Shown: positions 40,666 through 53,711 of the stretch, piece by piece
How positions within the stretch are numbered: position 1 is the stretch's first letter
Layout of the letters: the number at the start of each line of letters is the position of its first letter
From: Tubiluchus corallicola
Taxonomy: Eukaryota; Animalia; Priapulida
NCBI GenBank assembly: GCA_030141605.1
Contig: JAQGDQ010000002.1
Span: 2,418,001 to 2,482,000 of the forward strand
DNA length: 64,000 nt
Direction of reading: 5' to 3'
Program-made: the position numbers and the translations under genes
Notes under the pieces: generated by a model
Database searches by the model: none
The model's input: the letters and a program-made list of their open reading frames with translations, nothing else
What the model was told of the DNA's origin: nothing

Positions 40666-40990
40666 CAAATCAAATCAAACTTTATTTAAAGTCGGGTTTT
40701 ACATAAACATAAAAAACACTATCTCCTAAGAGCTATTAAGCCGACTCATATAACAAAGCTAATCTACTGAAATAAAATGTGCTAAAAAGTGGTAAAAAGA
40801 CTTTACAATTATACAATTATTACAAGTGTATACGCTTCAATAATGCCATCAAAACAATGGCTATTCAGGTTGTTATTAACGATAGCCGTTGTTTTGGTGG
40901 TTTTATTGAAACTAAACAGTATGTTTGTATTGTCAATAATGGTATTGATCAACTCAGTATCATTTGAGAAAGAGAGCAGTGTTTACTGTT
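40666..40990 (-). mobile_element. LINE 3' end fragment with (TTTGA)n tail
   Basis: The minus strand reads gagtcggcttaatagctc...ccgactttaaataaagtttgatttgatttg: a stem-loop-like segment, a poly(A) signal and a pentamer tail. Confidence 0.55.
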
Positions 40991-41304
40991 TTTTAACATA
41001 TGTAGAAAACAAAACTTAAAGGATAAATTGCATTTTTCGTTTCATTAGAAAATTTGAACTTTTTTTATTTAAACGAATTTTTCTTTAAAACTTGGCAGTA
41101 TTTCTTATATATGCATCAATTTTCAAGGTAAAAATTTATTCAATTTGTAAAGAGAAATAATTTTCTGTTGTTTTTAAAAGGGCTTATTTTTTGTGCCTAC
41201 CCGTTATTACAATCATTAATCGTTCTGCGAAAGGACAGATTTTTATATCAGAAAGCTATTGAACCAAGTTTCTTTTTATTTAATAATTTGATTTGAGATG
41301 TTTA

Positions 41305-41432
41305 TGTGTCTGTGAGTGTGCGTGCGCATGTGTGTATGTGAGACAGAGAGAGAGGGAGGGAGGGAGGGAGGGAGGGAGGGAGGGAGGGAGAGAGAGAGAG
41401 AGAGAGAGTCAGAGAGAAAGAGAAAGAGAGAG
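41305..41432 (+). repeat. Compound (TG)/(GGGA)/(GA) microsatellite
   Basis: Direct reading. Confidence 0.95.
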
Positions 41433-42999
41433 AAAATCTGTGCAAAAGAAGAAATCTTCAATACATGTCAAGGCGTCGGTGTTTCTCGGAGTTTTTTCGG
41501 TTTTACTATGGCCTGTATTGTCCGCTTCTTTTTCTCATAAGCGTTTCTCTTTGTCGTTATAAGAAAGTCGAAACTTTTGCGAATAATAATGAAATACCAA
41601 GTCGCTCTGTAATTTTGAAGTTTGACTTGACAAAAGTCATAGTAACATAAAAACATCCGTAATTGGCCTCACATAATGTTATATTTCGCTTTAATAATTA
41701 ATCAAATCTAAAAATTGTCATAAATTATCAATTATAATTATCAAATTATTGTATGAATCACCACGAAATGCTGTTTACGTTGCAAAATCCCACAGACTTT
41801 ACAGAAAAAAATTAGCACTTTAAAACATTGCATAATGACGAAACTAATAACGTTACTGTAAAAGCTTAATAAATATTCATTATGCGTTAGACAAACATGA
41901 GAAACAAAATTTCTACTAAGAAAATACCTTTATGCAAAGTAGATAAGTATTATTGACTACAGCCATTTTCGCATGACGTTTATGACATTTAACAATTCAT
42001 TAAGTGTTTTACACTACAGCTGCAGCTATTAAAATACCACAAACAGATTTTTAAGCAGTTTAAATAAGCCAGCATGGTTTGTGGCCTCAAGGAATATAAT
42101 TTAAGAGGATGATGCTCTAACACCACAAGTAAGAATAGTAGCAAGCTATCATGTGAAATTAAGTGCACGCAGTAACCAATACTGTTAGTTTGGCTTATAA
42201 AACACTTTTCGGTTGACGAATGTTTGTTGTTTTGCTCACCATGATATTCGTAGACGCTTAAATATGGTTTATTAATGTGTCAAAGACCTAAGTTAAAAAG
42301 TAAAAACAAGAATCGAAAAATTGCATTTCATAAAAATGGCACTTTGCTACTCAGCCATCATGTTTTTAATTTTGTCATGATTATATTAATGTAATAAAAT
42401 TTGAAACACTCTCATATGATTGAGCGTGTATACCCCTGTTTTACTTTTTTGATCTTATAGCACTTTTGTGGTAACGAGTCCGCTTACGATTCATGTTAGA
42501 CCCGTATTGTCATGTGATACATAAGATACATATTAATCTCATGTAATTCTGACTATAACGTACGTAAGGCGATGTCAGTACTAAATGCTACGTCAATATT
42601 GCAGGGCTTCTCAGAGATTTTACTCATTTTCTGTTGGCTAACAAGCTAATTGGTTTCTTTTCTTTATCACCGTGGTTGAGCATCAAACGCGGATCTCCTT
42701 CGTCTACAGTTTCAGCGTAATTAACGTTGTTTTGCTTGTGTGTGGATGATCATTAGACACTGAGCACGAGACCTAGTAATCCACATTCCACAAGCTGTTT
42801 ACGATTTCATTTAAACAGAATCTGTGTTTTGTGAGCGGTGCATCGACTTTAAGATTTAAGAATCTCCGTATCCGGGAAGTTAAAAAATTTAAAGAGAGTG
42901 ACTTGCAATAGATGACACCACTTTCTGTTATATTATTAGAAAACTATTATATTATTATTAGAAGCTGACTTAGCACCTTCGCACATTTAATTTCGATGT

Positions 43000-43000
43000 T

Positions 43001-43092
<92 letters not shown>

Positions 43093-43145
43093 GTGCGTGT
43101 GCGTGCGTGTGCGTGCGTGCGTGCGTGCGTGTGTGTGTGTGTGTG
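43000..43145 (+). repeat. Compound (CT)n/(GT)n/(GCGT)n microsatellite
   Basis: Direct reading. Confidence 0.97.
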
Positions 43146-44074
43146 AAACAAATTTCACATGATTATAAAATATAATGATATATATATTGTTCTTACGTTC
43201 TTATGTTACCAGGCTGGTTCGAGAATGCCACTACGTCTAAAACTTCCCAGATATTTTTCTCACAGCTGCAAATATGATCAACTTTAGTTATCGATATTTA
43301 ATCAACGATCTTATAAACGCTTCTCAGATTTACAAGTTTGGAGGACATAAAAGGACACTATTTTCCCATCAACATTGTCAGTGACTCTTCGTCAAATTTG
43401 GGTGGGTCTATTAGTTTTGCTGCAAGATTTTTCATTTTTTGGTTTGGATGCCTACCGAGCCAGTATCTTCACTATTTCTGAGAAGTTACTAAGATTTTAC
43501 ACATTTGCTAACTGAAATCATTGATCCATGTTTTCGACCTGTATTGTTGTTCAAATGGTGAAACTACAATTAACCCAGTGCGAGAAACCCGGCCCTACTA
43601 CGAGATCTTAACCTTTCGCATCACAAACCAGCAACTGGGCCATTCTTCTGGCGAATTTCGTATTTGATCAGGTTTGTGGTAAATGGTCAGATAGACAGGA
43701 AGATAAAATACGTGTGGGTCACCTCGTGTATGGGTTTACCAAGTACATTGTGCTTGCTAGTAACCATATTTACCTGCATGTGTTTATACAAAGATTAATA
43801 TTTCAACTTCCTGCCTTGTTATTCAAATGCATACCATTCCAAGATTTCTATTTTAAAGAACACACACCATTTGGCTAGTCGAATTAATAGTTCCTCTTGG
43901 TTGGATGCAAACTCATCTCTTCTTTGGGGGTGGTCCAACGTACAAGCCGGCATCCAACATTTTACAACAGAGCCTACTACAGTTGTAGGCTGTAGAAGTT
44001 AGTGGACAGAAGTTATGTACATATATGAGTTAATTATACACTAGGGAGAGTTATTGCCGGAAAGAGTCGGGAAA

Positions 44075-44190
44075 GCGAAACTGCCTATGATGGGCTTCAA
44101 GGCGGGTCACCCATCTTTTAATAACCAAATGCAGGACTGTTTAACTTGCTTAATTAAACAGTCACAGTGATACCCTCACCTTTGCGTACC
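44075..44190 (-). mobile_element. Degenerate 5S-like / SINE3-type relic
   Basis: The minus strand reads caagttaaacagtcctgcatttggttattaaaagatgggtgacccgcc, resembling the 5S A-box/IE/C-box segment. Confidence 0.45.
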
Positions 44191-47100
44191 CTGCTGTATT
44201 TTGTAGATCATTGTTTGTTTGTTTGCTATAATTGTTTGTCAGCAACTGCAGCTGTTAAGGACAGAAATGGTAGATCAGCATACATTACATTGACTCATGC
44301 CATAACCACTATAGTGGTTTTATAAACGAATATGTTTAATGCATCCTAAGTGAGTGCTTATTTGTAGAGCAACTAAAGACATGAGTTGTAGGGGTAGTTA
44401 TTGTAAAGTGCAACTGTGAGCATCGTAAATTGAAACGCTGCCATTATGAATATGGCAAAATAATTTTTAATATTGTTTTTTTTTCATTTTTTTGTGTTAG
44501 TTTGTAACCACAGACGCGGAGTAGACCGAAATGGGCCAAGAGAAAACTGTAATTAATAAAATAGCCTACTCGGATTCTACTTTGCAAAATGACATTATGC
44601 ATTATTATAGGGCTTGGAAATCATATTTTCCAAAACATGTAATTACAAACTGGTATTGATTGCTTTGATGAACGCAAGGTGTAGAAACACCTTCTCATAA
44701 TTTGTCTTGACGTTTGTATAACTCACTTTTTCGAATAAAATTTGGTGAGTTACCCTTTGTGCTAAGTTTATTAAAATTAGCAATAAATTTGTCATTATTG
44801 TAACTGTGAAGGCTGAATTAAGTTTTGTCTTGTAATGTCACAAAATGACTGTTTCCGTGCAAAATGTTGCACATTTTACTTTTTTATTATCTGAGCAAGT
44901 ATGTTCATTAAGCCACTGAAGAGAGGAACAAAAACTGTTTCTAAAAACCAATAGGAATAGTAATTACGAGCGTTGTTGTCATCAAAGCAAGTCTAATCTT
45001 TAAAATACTTGGCCATATTTACAGATACATCCAAAGGAGGCAAAGTTATTTCTGACAGTGATTATTCTTCAGGATTTTTCTTAATCATTAGAAAGATTCT
45101 GCTCTTGCCATATTTAGCTATCTACTTTCAGTAGGTCTTGTTGATGTGAGACTGAGGTCTTTTGTTTAAATTTCATTGCCTGAGAAGCAAATCAGGTAGA
45201 GTTGCATTCGAATGGAAGTTTGAAGACTTGCAAGAAACTTTTGACAGGCATCAATTGCTTCTAGCATTGTTGAGTTCAGGGCCTATTTCAGGGGGGAAGT
45301 GGGCATACTTCCCCGGGGCCTCACCCTCCAGGGGGTCTCGCGCCGAGGTAACATTATTTTTTTTTGCTTTATGCGAACAGTTCAAAAATCTTCTGGACGC
45401 CAACCAAAGTGTCTCATCTTAACACTGGAACGAAAGAGAAAGAACGTCTGTGTTTAAATCGACTGCGTTTATTTTACGCATGTGGGAGCTATAACAGCCT
45501 TGTTAGGCATTTCTCGTATTTTTCATTTCTGTGAAACGTGCGTTAATAGGTCATACTGTATGCATTATTTTACTGCCGTTAAGCCTTAGACAAACGTATT
45601 ATAGCTATGCACAGCCTTTATAATTGTAATGTTTACTCTAACATTAATTTACAAATATCAAGAAGCTGATATTACGATAGTGTAGGATACCCGTTGTTTA
45701 ATTTAATTCTATAAAATGTTATGATAGTAGGCCTACGTACGACATTCTTACGATTATTACAATCACAAATTCGTATGTATTAGAGTCGAATTGCAGTAAG
45801 AATGATGAACGTATAATAATTGTAAATATATATACAGACATGAAGTACAAATAAGACAATTTAGGATCTATTGATTTCAAATGCTATTAGTTTTATCACA
45901 GTACGGTTTATAATAGTCTTGTGGCATGCCATCAAGTGTTGTAAAGAAACCAAATATTAGTGACAACAGCACAAGCTAAGTGATAAACTAAGTCAATTAT
46001 TTCAAGTCCTGTGTGACTGGCGTTTAATGCTGTAGCTTAATTTTAGACGATTAGGCTTACTTGACACACAGGGCTGCGCACTTATCACTTTATAAATGAA
46101 GAAATCCAAATTCGTTCATTTCAATTACTATTACATACTTTGTAAGAATAACGACCCTTGTAGAACCTGGATAAAATTGATTCCCAACATTTTCCATCCA
46201 TGTTATTGCATTGAATGCCGCAAAGTGCGGGTACTGAAATGTTATTCGAGCTGAACTCGGCTCTTCTCCTGATTCAACTATCAATTTTCTTCCTATCATC
46301 GTATGAAATGCGCTGATTTGTAAGAATTTCCGCAAACCATGCTGAATTACGAATTCGTATGGCGCTTTTTCTCTGTATAACGGATGAGTCTTGTGATTCG
46401 CTGCCATGCACTAACATGACTAAGATTTCATTTGTGTGTTTAGTTATAGATTCACTTATTAAGATTCTGCATATAGCAAAACTTTTTGGAAATCTACCGT
46501 TTATTTTTATTTATTTCTATTATTATTATTGTTTCTCCGCTACGAGTGTAAATAACTCCAAAACTATTGTACCTAGTATTCTTCTAATTTTATTTCAAAT
46601 CAGGAAGATACGTTTTTTGGAGTTTGAGAGCTATAGTATGAACCTTTCTTCGATTATATATAAAAATATTTGAGAAAACCAAAGTAAAGTTTATATACTC
46701 GCAGCACTCATCCATCTGCAACAAAAGAGAACAGTACTGCCTCGGTGCTACCTAGCACCTATACCCCAGACTACTTCGCCACCTATAACAAGGAACGTCA
46801 CATTAGTTTACATGATACTGCTTCTCGCTACAACCAACACATTATATTAATTTAAAGTTGTTTACTCGAATCGGCTCACATTGTTTGCTGTATCCATAGA
46901 TGCAGACATAAACTTAGAAATAGGCATTGTCGTAAATATGGTGCTGTAAATGTAGATATACACGCAGAAGTCACAGTTTCACATGGACGCAAAACGATAT
47001 ACAGATCCAGAAACACGTAACCACAGACAAAAGACACTATATTATATAGGTATGAGTATATACAGCATACGTACTCTGTGTAATTTCTTTTTATTTCATT

Positions 47101-50100
47101 TCTATAGCAGTGACAACCGCCCCGTCGCTAACTCTTTCAAAATGTTGGGCTTCCGCGTATAAGCTGAATACGTTATAAACCCCAAGAAAGCAGCGGTCAA
47201 GTCATACTGTACTATTATGGGTTTAGTACTGCAACTCAGATTAAAACTAAAATTGTTTTGTAACATTAAATTTTTGAACCTAAAATAATATTTAACTTCG
47301 CCAAAAAACAATGAATAAAAGAATATGCAGAACTACTTTTCTTAAATAGAAAAGTCGGCATGAAATGTTCATGGTGTCCCTGCAAACTGCATGGCAACTA
47401 ATAGAGGACGATAAAAAGCTAGTTCACGTAAGAGTAGTAGGAAATGACTGCAAATTATCAACGGTTTTATTTTACAAAAAACGGTTTCAGAGACGAAACT
47501 ACAAAAGCATGCACGTAATGAGTGATACAAATACTTTTTCTGGCTAAGCCATAAACGCTTAGTGCAAAACCCAATTGCAAGGTACAATAGCACCGTCGCT
47601 TTATTTACGGAGAATACGGCAAATGCGATTATATGTACGTATAAGAGGAAACTCATGCAAATAATTTGAGGTATTCTCACTATTCTGTAGCATTTTTTCG
47701 ACTCAGTGTATTAGTATACAGATATACAGAATACAAAATCTGACAAGTTACTACAACGACATGTGCTGTGTGATTTTAATTATGTCTTTCTATTCATTTT
47801 TATATGACGAACTTCAAGCGACCTCTGACCTCCACTGCGGACGCCTAAGATCATCAAAATTGGCCGGATTTTATTTTACAATAATGTAATGGAAGATATT
47901 ACAGTTTTTCGTTCTGCTGCTTGTTCTATTTTCTCGTAGTTGCAGTTAAGATGACTTTCATCTTAGGTAGTCGCTCTTCTAGGACTGCCTGTTGTCGCGT
48001 CTTCATTTTGAGACATTTTGTCAACAGTCTAAGTAGCGCTTAAATTTTAGCTTTCCATAACATTTTTAAGACTGACCTTTTGTTGACTTCCGCGTTCACG
48101 AACTTTCACGAAGACAGCTACATAGCCTAACGTACGTTCGTCTACATTTCAATCAGATTTTTTACATAAGAAGAGTCTTACGCAGTTTTCTTATGCAGCA
48201 TGCCTAAATGAAACTGCTGCGCCATATAAAGATTGATGAAATTGGTTTCAAAATTATTTCGATTTCGTCCATGCAAAATTTCAAAAAAAAATTTAGAACC
48301 AATTCTGGCGTAATACACTGATGTCGCCTGTCCACCAAATCTCTCCATTTAAATCGAATTTACGGTGCTGAGAACATTTCAACTTTGGTTGATCGTTACA
48401 AAAAACACATCAGCAACTAAAGTAAATGGTACTAAATCAATGACATTGCTGGCATAGTGCAATAACATGTAGTTTGAAATGTTTTAGTTTATTTTTCAAA
48501 TTGGTACTTTCCTCATGCAAGACGAAGAGAGCCCCTAGGCTGTTCCGCTTGTGATGCCGTCCCAATCCACAGGACTCGTAGCTCCAAACTCACTCAGTTT
48601 TTCCGGATTACGTAATGAGACGGGATTTAATGAAAAAAGAACTAGCTCACAGGTTCTCGAAGATTAAGGAAATAAAACTACGCTGTTCCACTTTGATAAA
48701 ACACTCAGTAATTACTCCAGACATTCAGGCGTGTACCAGATTACATGAAAGTTGCCAGGCAAAAAATCTGTTTTTAATTTAGCACTCTTGCTCAGATTTA
48801 AAATGTTCGTGTTGTAGCGCAAGATTTTCCTCAATTCTCACCGACAGCAGTATTTTTTGAACATTAAAAGGGGTAAAATAACAAACTTCAAAGGCAAGCT
48901 TTTGTTAAAAATACCGTACTTTTATGTTCACTGCTGCGTTGTTAGTACCATCAACATTTATCATCATTATTATTTGTAGAGAAATGTTCATCGTTCTCGT
49001 TTTACATTAGTATTTTTTCTTTCTTGACACAACTTATCACTTATTGAATAATTATTTTTGTGACATGTTTCTCCCACCTAAAGAAAAGCTCATGCACATT
49101 TGTATGGAAGGACGCGTGACTAGGACGTATACCTGGACTACCTGTTTATAAGGCTGTGTTTTCCACTTATGCTGCTGTAACGAAAAGAAAATACTTTACA
49201 AGGTTAAAGAAGGCTATAGGCTTTTATCCATTTCAAAAGTGTTCCCGCGGTTGCTATAGAAAGAGAGCAGCAAAAATTCGTCACTAGTTGTTTTACTCTT
49301 GGTACCTCACCTTGCAATAACCCTTCTAATAACTTTTTTGTGTGAGTTGTGATAACGCATCTACATTAATTTCAATTAACAAACTAACTGGAGTCTTACA
49401 TCTCATTTAGTTTATAAATTGCACACCCTACTGCCAAGAATAGCCTATTGCCTTTACATGATGGAAAAATTAACTTTGCTTACCTACCTAACTGTGCTTC
49501 GCCAGTAAGCCAAAACGATAATTTATATATTACTTAAATACACCAAAACTGTAATGTAACGTTTTCCAAAGTTATCAGAAGAACAAGCGAAATTACTAAA
49601 ATATATCAAGATACTTAGTTTACAAATAAAATCCCTAGTTACTGATTTGACGTTGACCTAAAGTTAATTACTTTCTCCTTCCGATCTCAATGCTATACTA
49701 CGCTCTGTACTTAGACTTGAAGTATCGAAATGAGGTTACTTCGCCTGTATTTTATTGACATTGCTTGATGCTTAAGAACTTCGATGGGAAGCCTATAGAG
49801 TGCTTACCTTAAGACGAGACTTACTCAAATTAAGATCAACAATGGGTGCGACGCTGTTCATCGACTATTTTGATATGAATCCTTTTCAAACGTATGACAT
49901 TACTGTTACCTCTTATACAGCTATAGCTGTAATTATAATAACGTTTCACATGGCAGTTATCGAGACACAAGCTGTTTTAAATTCATTGACCTGCTTGCAC
50001 GGTGTGAGCAATATGCTGCAGTTTCAAAGCCGATGCTGATGTTTGCCAAAGCAATTGTCATAAATCAGTACAAAAGCTTGCAAAATGTAGATCGAGGAAT

Positions 50101-51599
50101 ATAAAAAGACTTACATAGTATAGACATGAAAAAGATCATTCTCACATCTTTCCTATATCTCTGCACCAGAGTGACCAGAGTAAGAGTCGCAACAAAAACA
50201 AAAATCTGTTCGCAATTTCATAACGTATTTTTATAAACACGTATATCGGTTTTCTGAGGTTACAACTTCCAAGATCATTAAGAGACTGAAATTAAATGAC
50301 TAGTGACATTTAGTTACGAATGCTGATGTTTGGGCTCATTAAAATAGTTAACAAACTTAACAATATTGAATACTACAAGTTACCCTAGCTGCTCCTCTTA
50401 TGTAGCTTTGATACAACCATGTGGTGCCATCTCCATGTAAACTGATGGGTAACAGAGAGGGAGAGTTTGCACAACAGTACGTACCCGGGAGTTGTACTTG
50501 TCTTCGTTTTGAATACATTCCAGCCGAATCTTGTGTATCTTTCCTCGTGTTCAAAATTCGGTTTTTACTTGTAGGCACTTTAACATTTCACTGGCATGTT
50601 ATTTTTTGATTTCACAGATGTGAAGCTTTTGTATCATTGACAATAAACTATAATAATGTCATATCACGGTACTGCATGCTGCACCTACTTAGTGGTTAAA
50701 ACGGAGTTACAAATTGGACCAATACGCATTTGCAACGCTAAATTACCGCGTATAAATGCGTATAATGCGTATAATTCTATCCACACATGCATGATCAGCC
50801 ATCTTGGTACATTGCCTGTAAACTTATAATAATCGGTGGAATTTAAAGGAAAACCTGACCAATCTTAAACTGTAGGACAAAACAATGTACTCTTTAAAAT
50901 ATTGAAAAAAAAACATACTATTTTTTTCAAGAATGACGTGCGTGAAAGAATTATTTCTACACAAACGCAATTTCGTGTTCGCACCACTAGTTCTTCGTTG
51001 TTATATGCATCTCGCTATTGGCTAGTTAGACGGGCACTAGCGCCTGTATTTCGGAAAGGCGTTGCACAAAAAACAGGTGCCGTACATCTCAGTTCAGAGG
51101 TTTTCGTTCGTGACGTACTGCACACGTTCGACAGTTCATGCATGACCACAGAAGTAATTCGAAATTTAAATTTTTATCTTAAAACTTGCGGAAATTTAGT
51201 ACAATCTGAATCTCTTACAGTAGCACTGTACTTCATCTTCACTTTCGCAAGAACGTGCAACATGCTCGTGGAATATTTTTAATGTTCATAAACGAAAACA
51301 ATTATTTTCGTTTATGATGTCATCAATAGTTGAGCTCGCCCGCCGTAAATTAAGTTTTTAATCTGTTATTTAGCTATCAGAAACGCTGTTCTGGTATTAT
51401 TGGTGTTAAAATGTATATTTTTACCGTACTCTAACATGGGGTAGCACATGAAAAATCGTCATCTCGTAAAACTCACAGTTTTATCCCAAAATGATTGGAC
51501 TTGCCTTTTGTCTTATCATAAATGGCAAGACTTTTCAATGTTCATCGCTAGGTGTCTCTTTTTACAATTATACAGTTTTCAGAGTATTGTGGAAGAGCA

Positions 51600-51710
51600 C
51601 TAAGCAACAAATAGCCTGCTCAAGGGCAAAACCAAGTTTACCAAGTTTGAGATTCGAGCTCACAATGATCATATCCAAGCTCACCTTAGACAACAACTAA
51701 GCAACTGAAC
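51600..51710 (-). mobile_element. Degenerate tRNA-derived CORE-type SINE
   Basis: The minus strand has B-box-like gagctcgaatc followed by gcccttgagcaggc, resembling the CORE motif gtgcccttgagcaaggc. Confidence 0.4.
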
Positions 51711-52667
51711 ACGTCAGGATAATTTTGCGAATTTAACATTTAATTAGTCTCTTCAGTGGAATCCAAATTTTCTTTCTCATTGAAGGCTATACTCTGAATC
51801 AATGTTTATGTCATAAATAATAGCTGTCTTTGCGTTTAGTGATTTGCTGCTGAATATTGAAATTGAAGCTTCCTATCACTAGCCTAGCTAACACTCGGTG
51901 AAGTCTGCAACCAGTTTTGCAGCTACATCTGTTAGTCGCATCAAAATAAATCTTTTCTTCGTGTATCTGCTAGTACCCTGTTATAAGCTGGTTGTTTAAA
52001 CTGTGTAATGCGATACGATTTTTTCTTTGTAGTTTTGCGGGTTTAGCTAGTTTAGAACCTAGTTTCATTTTGCTTGCTCCTTCTGCCATTTCGTTATTAA
52101 ACTACTCTAGTACTGTTGTGATTTAAGTAATAATTATAATGTTTCTTCTTTTTAATAAATTAAATATTTTGTTGTAGGTTTTGTTATTCTTATTAGTGTT
52201 TCCGGGAGAATTTAGATTGGTACGTCCCAAGTTATCTGCCAAACATTGAATAGCTGTTTCGCGGGTAAATAATAAATGCTGCATTTGTGTTTTAATTCAG
52301 TACCACTGCAATGGCCAGTGTGGAAAAAGATTTTTTAATCTTTTCACTGTGCTGCCAAGATCTCCGTGACCGATAATATTTTCAATGCGATCAGAAACAA
52401 GCCCATTTTTTCTTAACAAAACATGAAAGCTTCGAGCAACATTCTCAAAGAAAATTTCATAGGAAAAATTATAACATTGCATAAGAAACTGTATTAGAGA
52501 TATTTTCGCTAAGTTCTTCTTAAAGGGCTGTTATTTGCACTTTTGAAACGGAGCCAAAATCGCTTGGTGAAAATTCTTTTGCACGGAATACCCGAATAAA
52601 AGCCGAAAAGTATAAGTTCTGTTTCCTGTTTCCTGTTGTGTACAAGAATGATATGCTTTTGCCTATC

Positions 52668-52713
<46 letters not shown>

Positions 52714-52714
52714 G
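52668..52714 (+). repeat. (GA)n microsatellite
   Basis: Direct reading. Confidence 0.95.
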
Positions 52715-53324
52715 AGCAATTTTCAGTTTTTTGGCGTAGACGTTCAGCTGCACGAGCAGTTATAATGGCATACATTAATATAAGTTGCTTCGTCTAATCG
52801 ATTTTAAATGCATGATACATTTAGCTCCCAATTTCCCAAATTACTAATTTGAGAAATACTTCAGATGGAGTTACACTGAAAAGCATTTACGCATTTTCCA
52901 TTTCTAAGAACTATGGAAAGTGCATTACACACTATAATTAGAAAATATTCTCCGCTTTAATGACATTCGTGTGTACTTCAGGCAATAACCTTATTTTTGC
53001 ATTTATTTTTTCCCAGAAGACTTATATATTAACTAAGTCTATCGCCATGCACCCAGAACGAAGAAAAAATGGTGAGAAGTTAATCAATATACACACTAGT
53101 AGCAACACAGCTAAAAAATCTGACTCTGTGTCATGCGTTCACAGAAATATCGTGATGTAAAACAACATAATTATTATAACTATCTTGCGCGATCTTCCTC
53201 TTATTGTTTTTGATATGTAATGTATGTACTTGATTTGCATTTGGCACGCTTTCACTGGAGCGAACTCGGCTAGGTCTAGTCCAGCATTGTAATTGTCGGT
53301 ACTCAAGCTGTGAATTGGATATTT

Positions 53325-53592
53325 GGTCGCGTCTGTGTCTCTCACTGCGGACGAAGCTACTTTTTTAAAATGTCCAAGGACAAGGTCGCAAGGTCAAAAC
53401 ATATCACAATCAAAGCGTATAAAGCTATAATTATAAAACTTGGCTCAGTGATAAGTTTGGACAAGACCTGGAAACATACTGCTTTTTGGCTCAAATGTCA
53501 ACGGTCAAGACCACTTGGTCAAAAATGTCAAAATGAATTTTTCGTTATAGTGACTTCGTGTGAGGCCCTGGGGCTATTGATTGCCTTCTAAT
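53325..53592 (+). mobile_element. Helentron/DINE-like non-autonomous element (HINE)
   Basis: gtctgtgtct-type start, aaacttgg motif, repeated (A)AGGTCA/GGTCAA motifs, and a 3' end tgccttcta followed by a T-rich flank. These traits are typical of HINEs (inference from family knowledge). Confidence 0.5.
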
Positions 53593-53659
53593 TTCTTTTA
53601 AATTTTAATGTGCGTACATGTAACATTATTGTAAATAATTATAAGATTTGTTTATTCCT

Positions 53660-53678
53660 AAAATTACTTTTTATTCAG
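53660..53678 (+). promoter_or_regulatory. 3' splice acceptor of the receptor coding exon
   Basis: Pyrimidine tract ttactttttattcAG ending at 53678, 33 nt upstream of the first in-frame ATG. Confidence 0.75.
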
Positions 53679-53711
53679 GTATGAATGGGAATGATCACGT
53701 AGACGCAAACA

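Noticed and set aside
46090-46407. 105-aa minus-strand ORF, possible hAT dimerisation remnant
   Set aside because: The ERxFS motif is not convincingly present.
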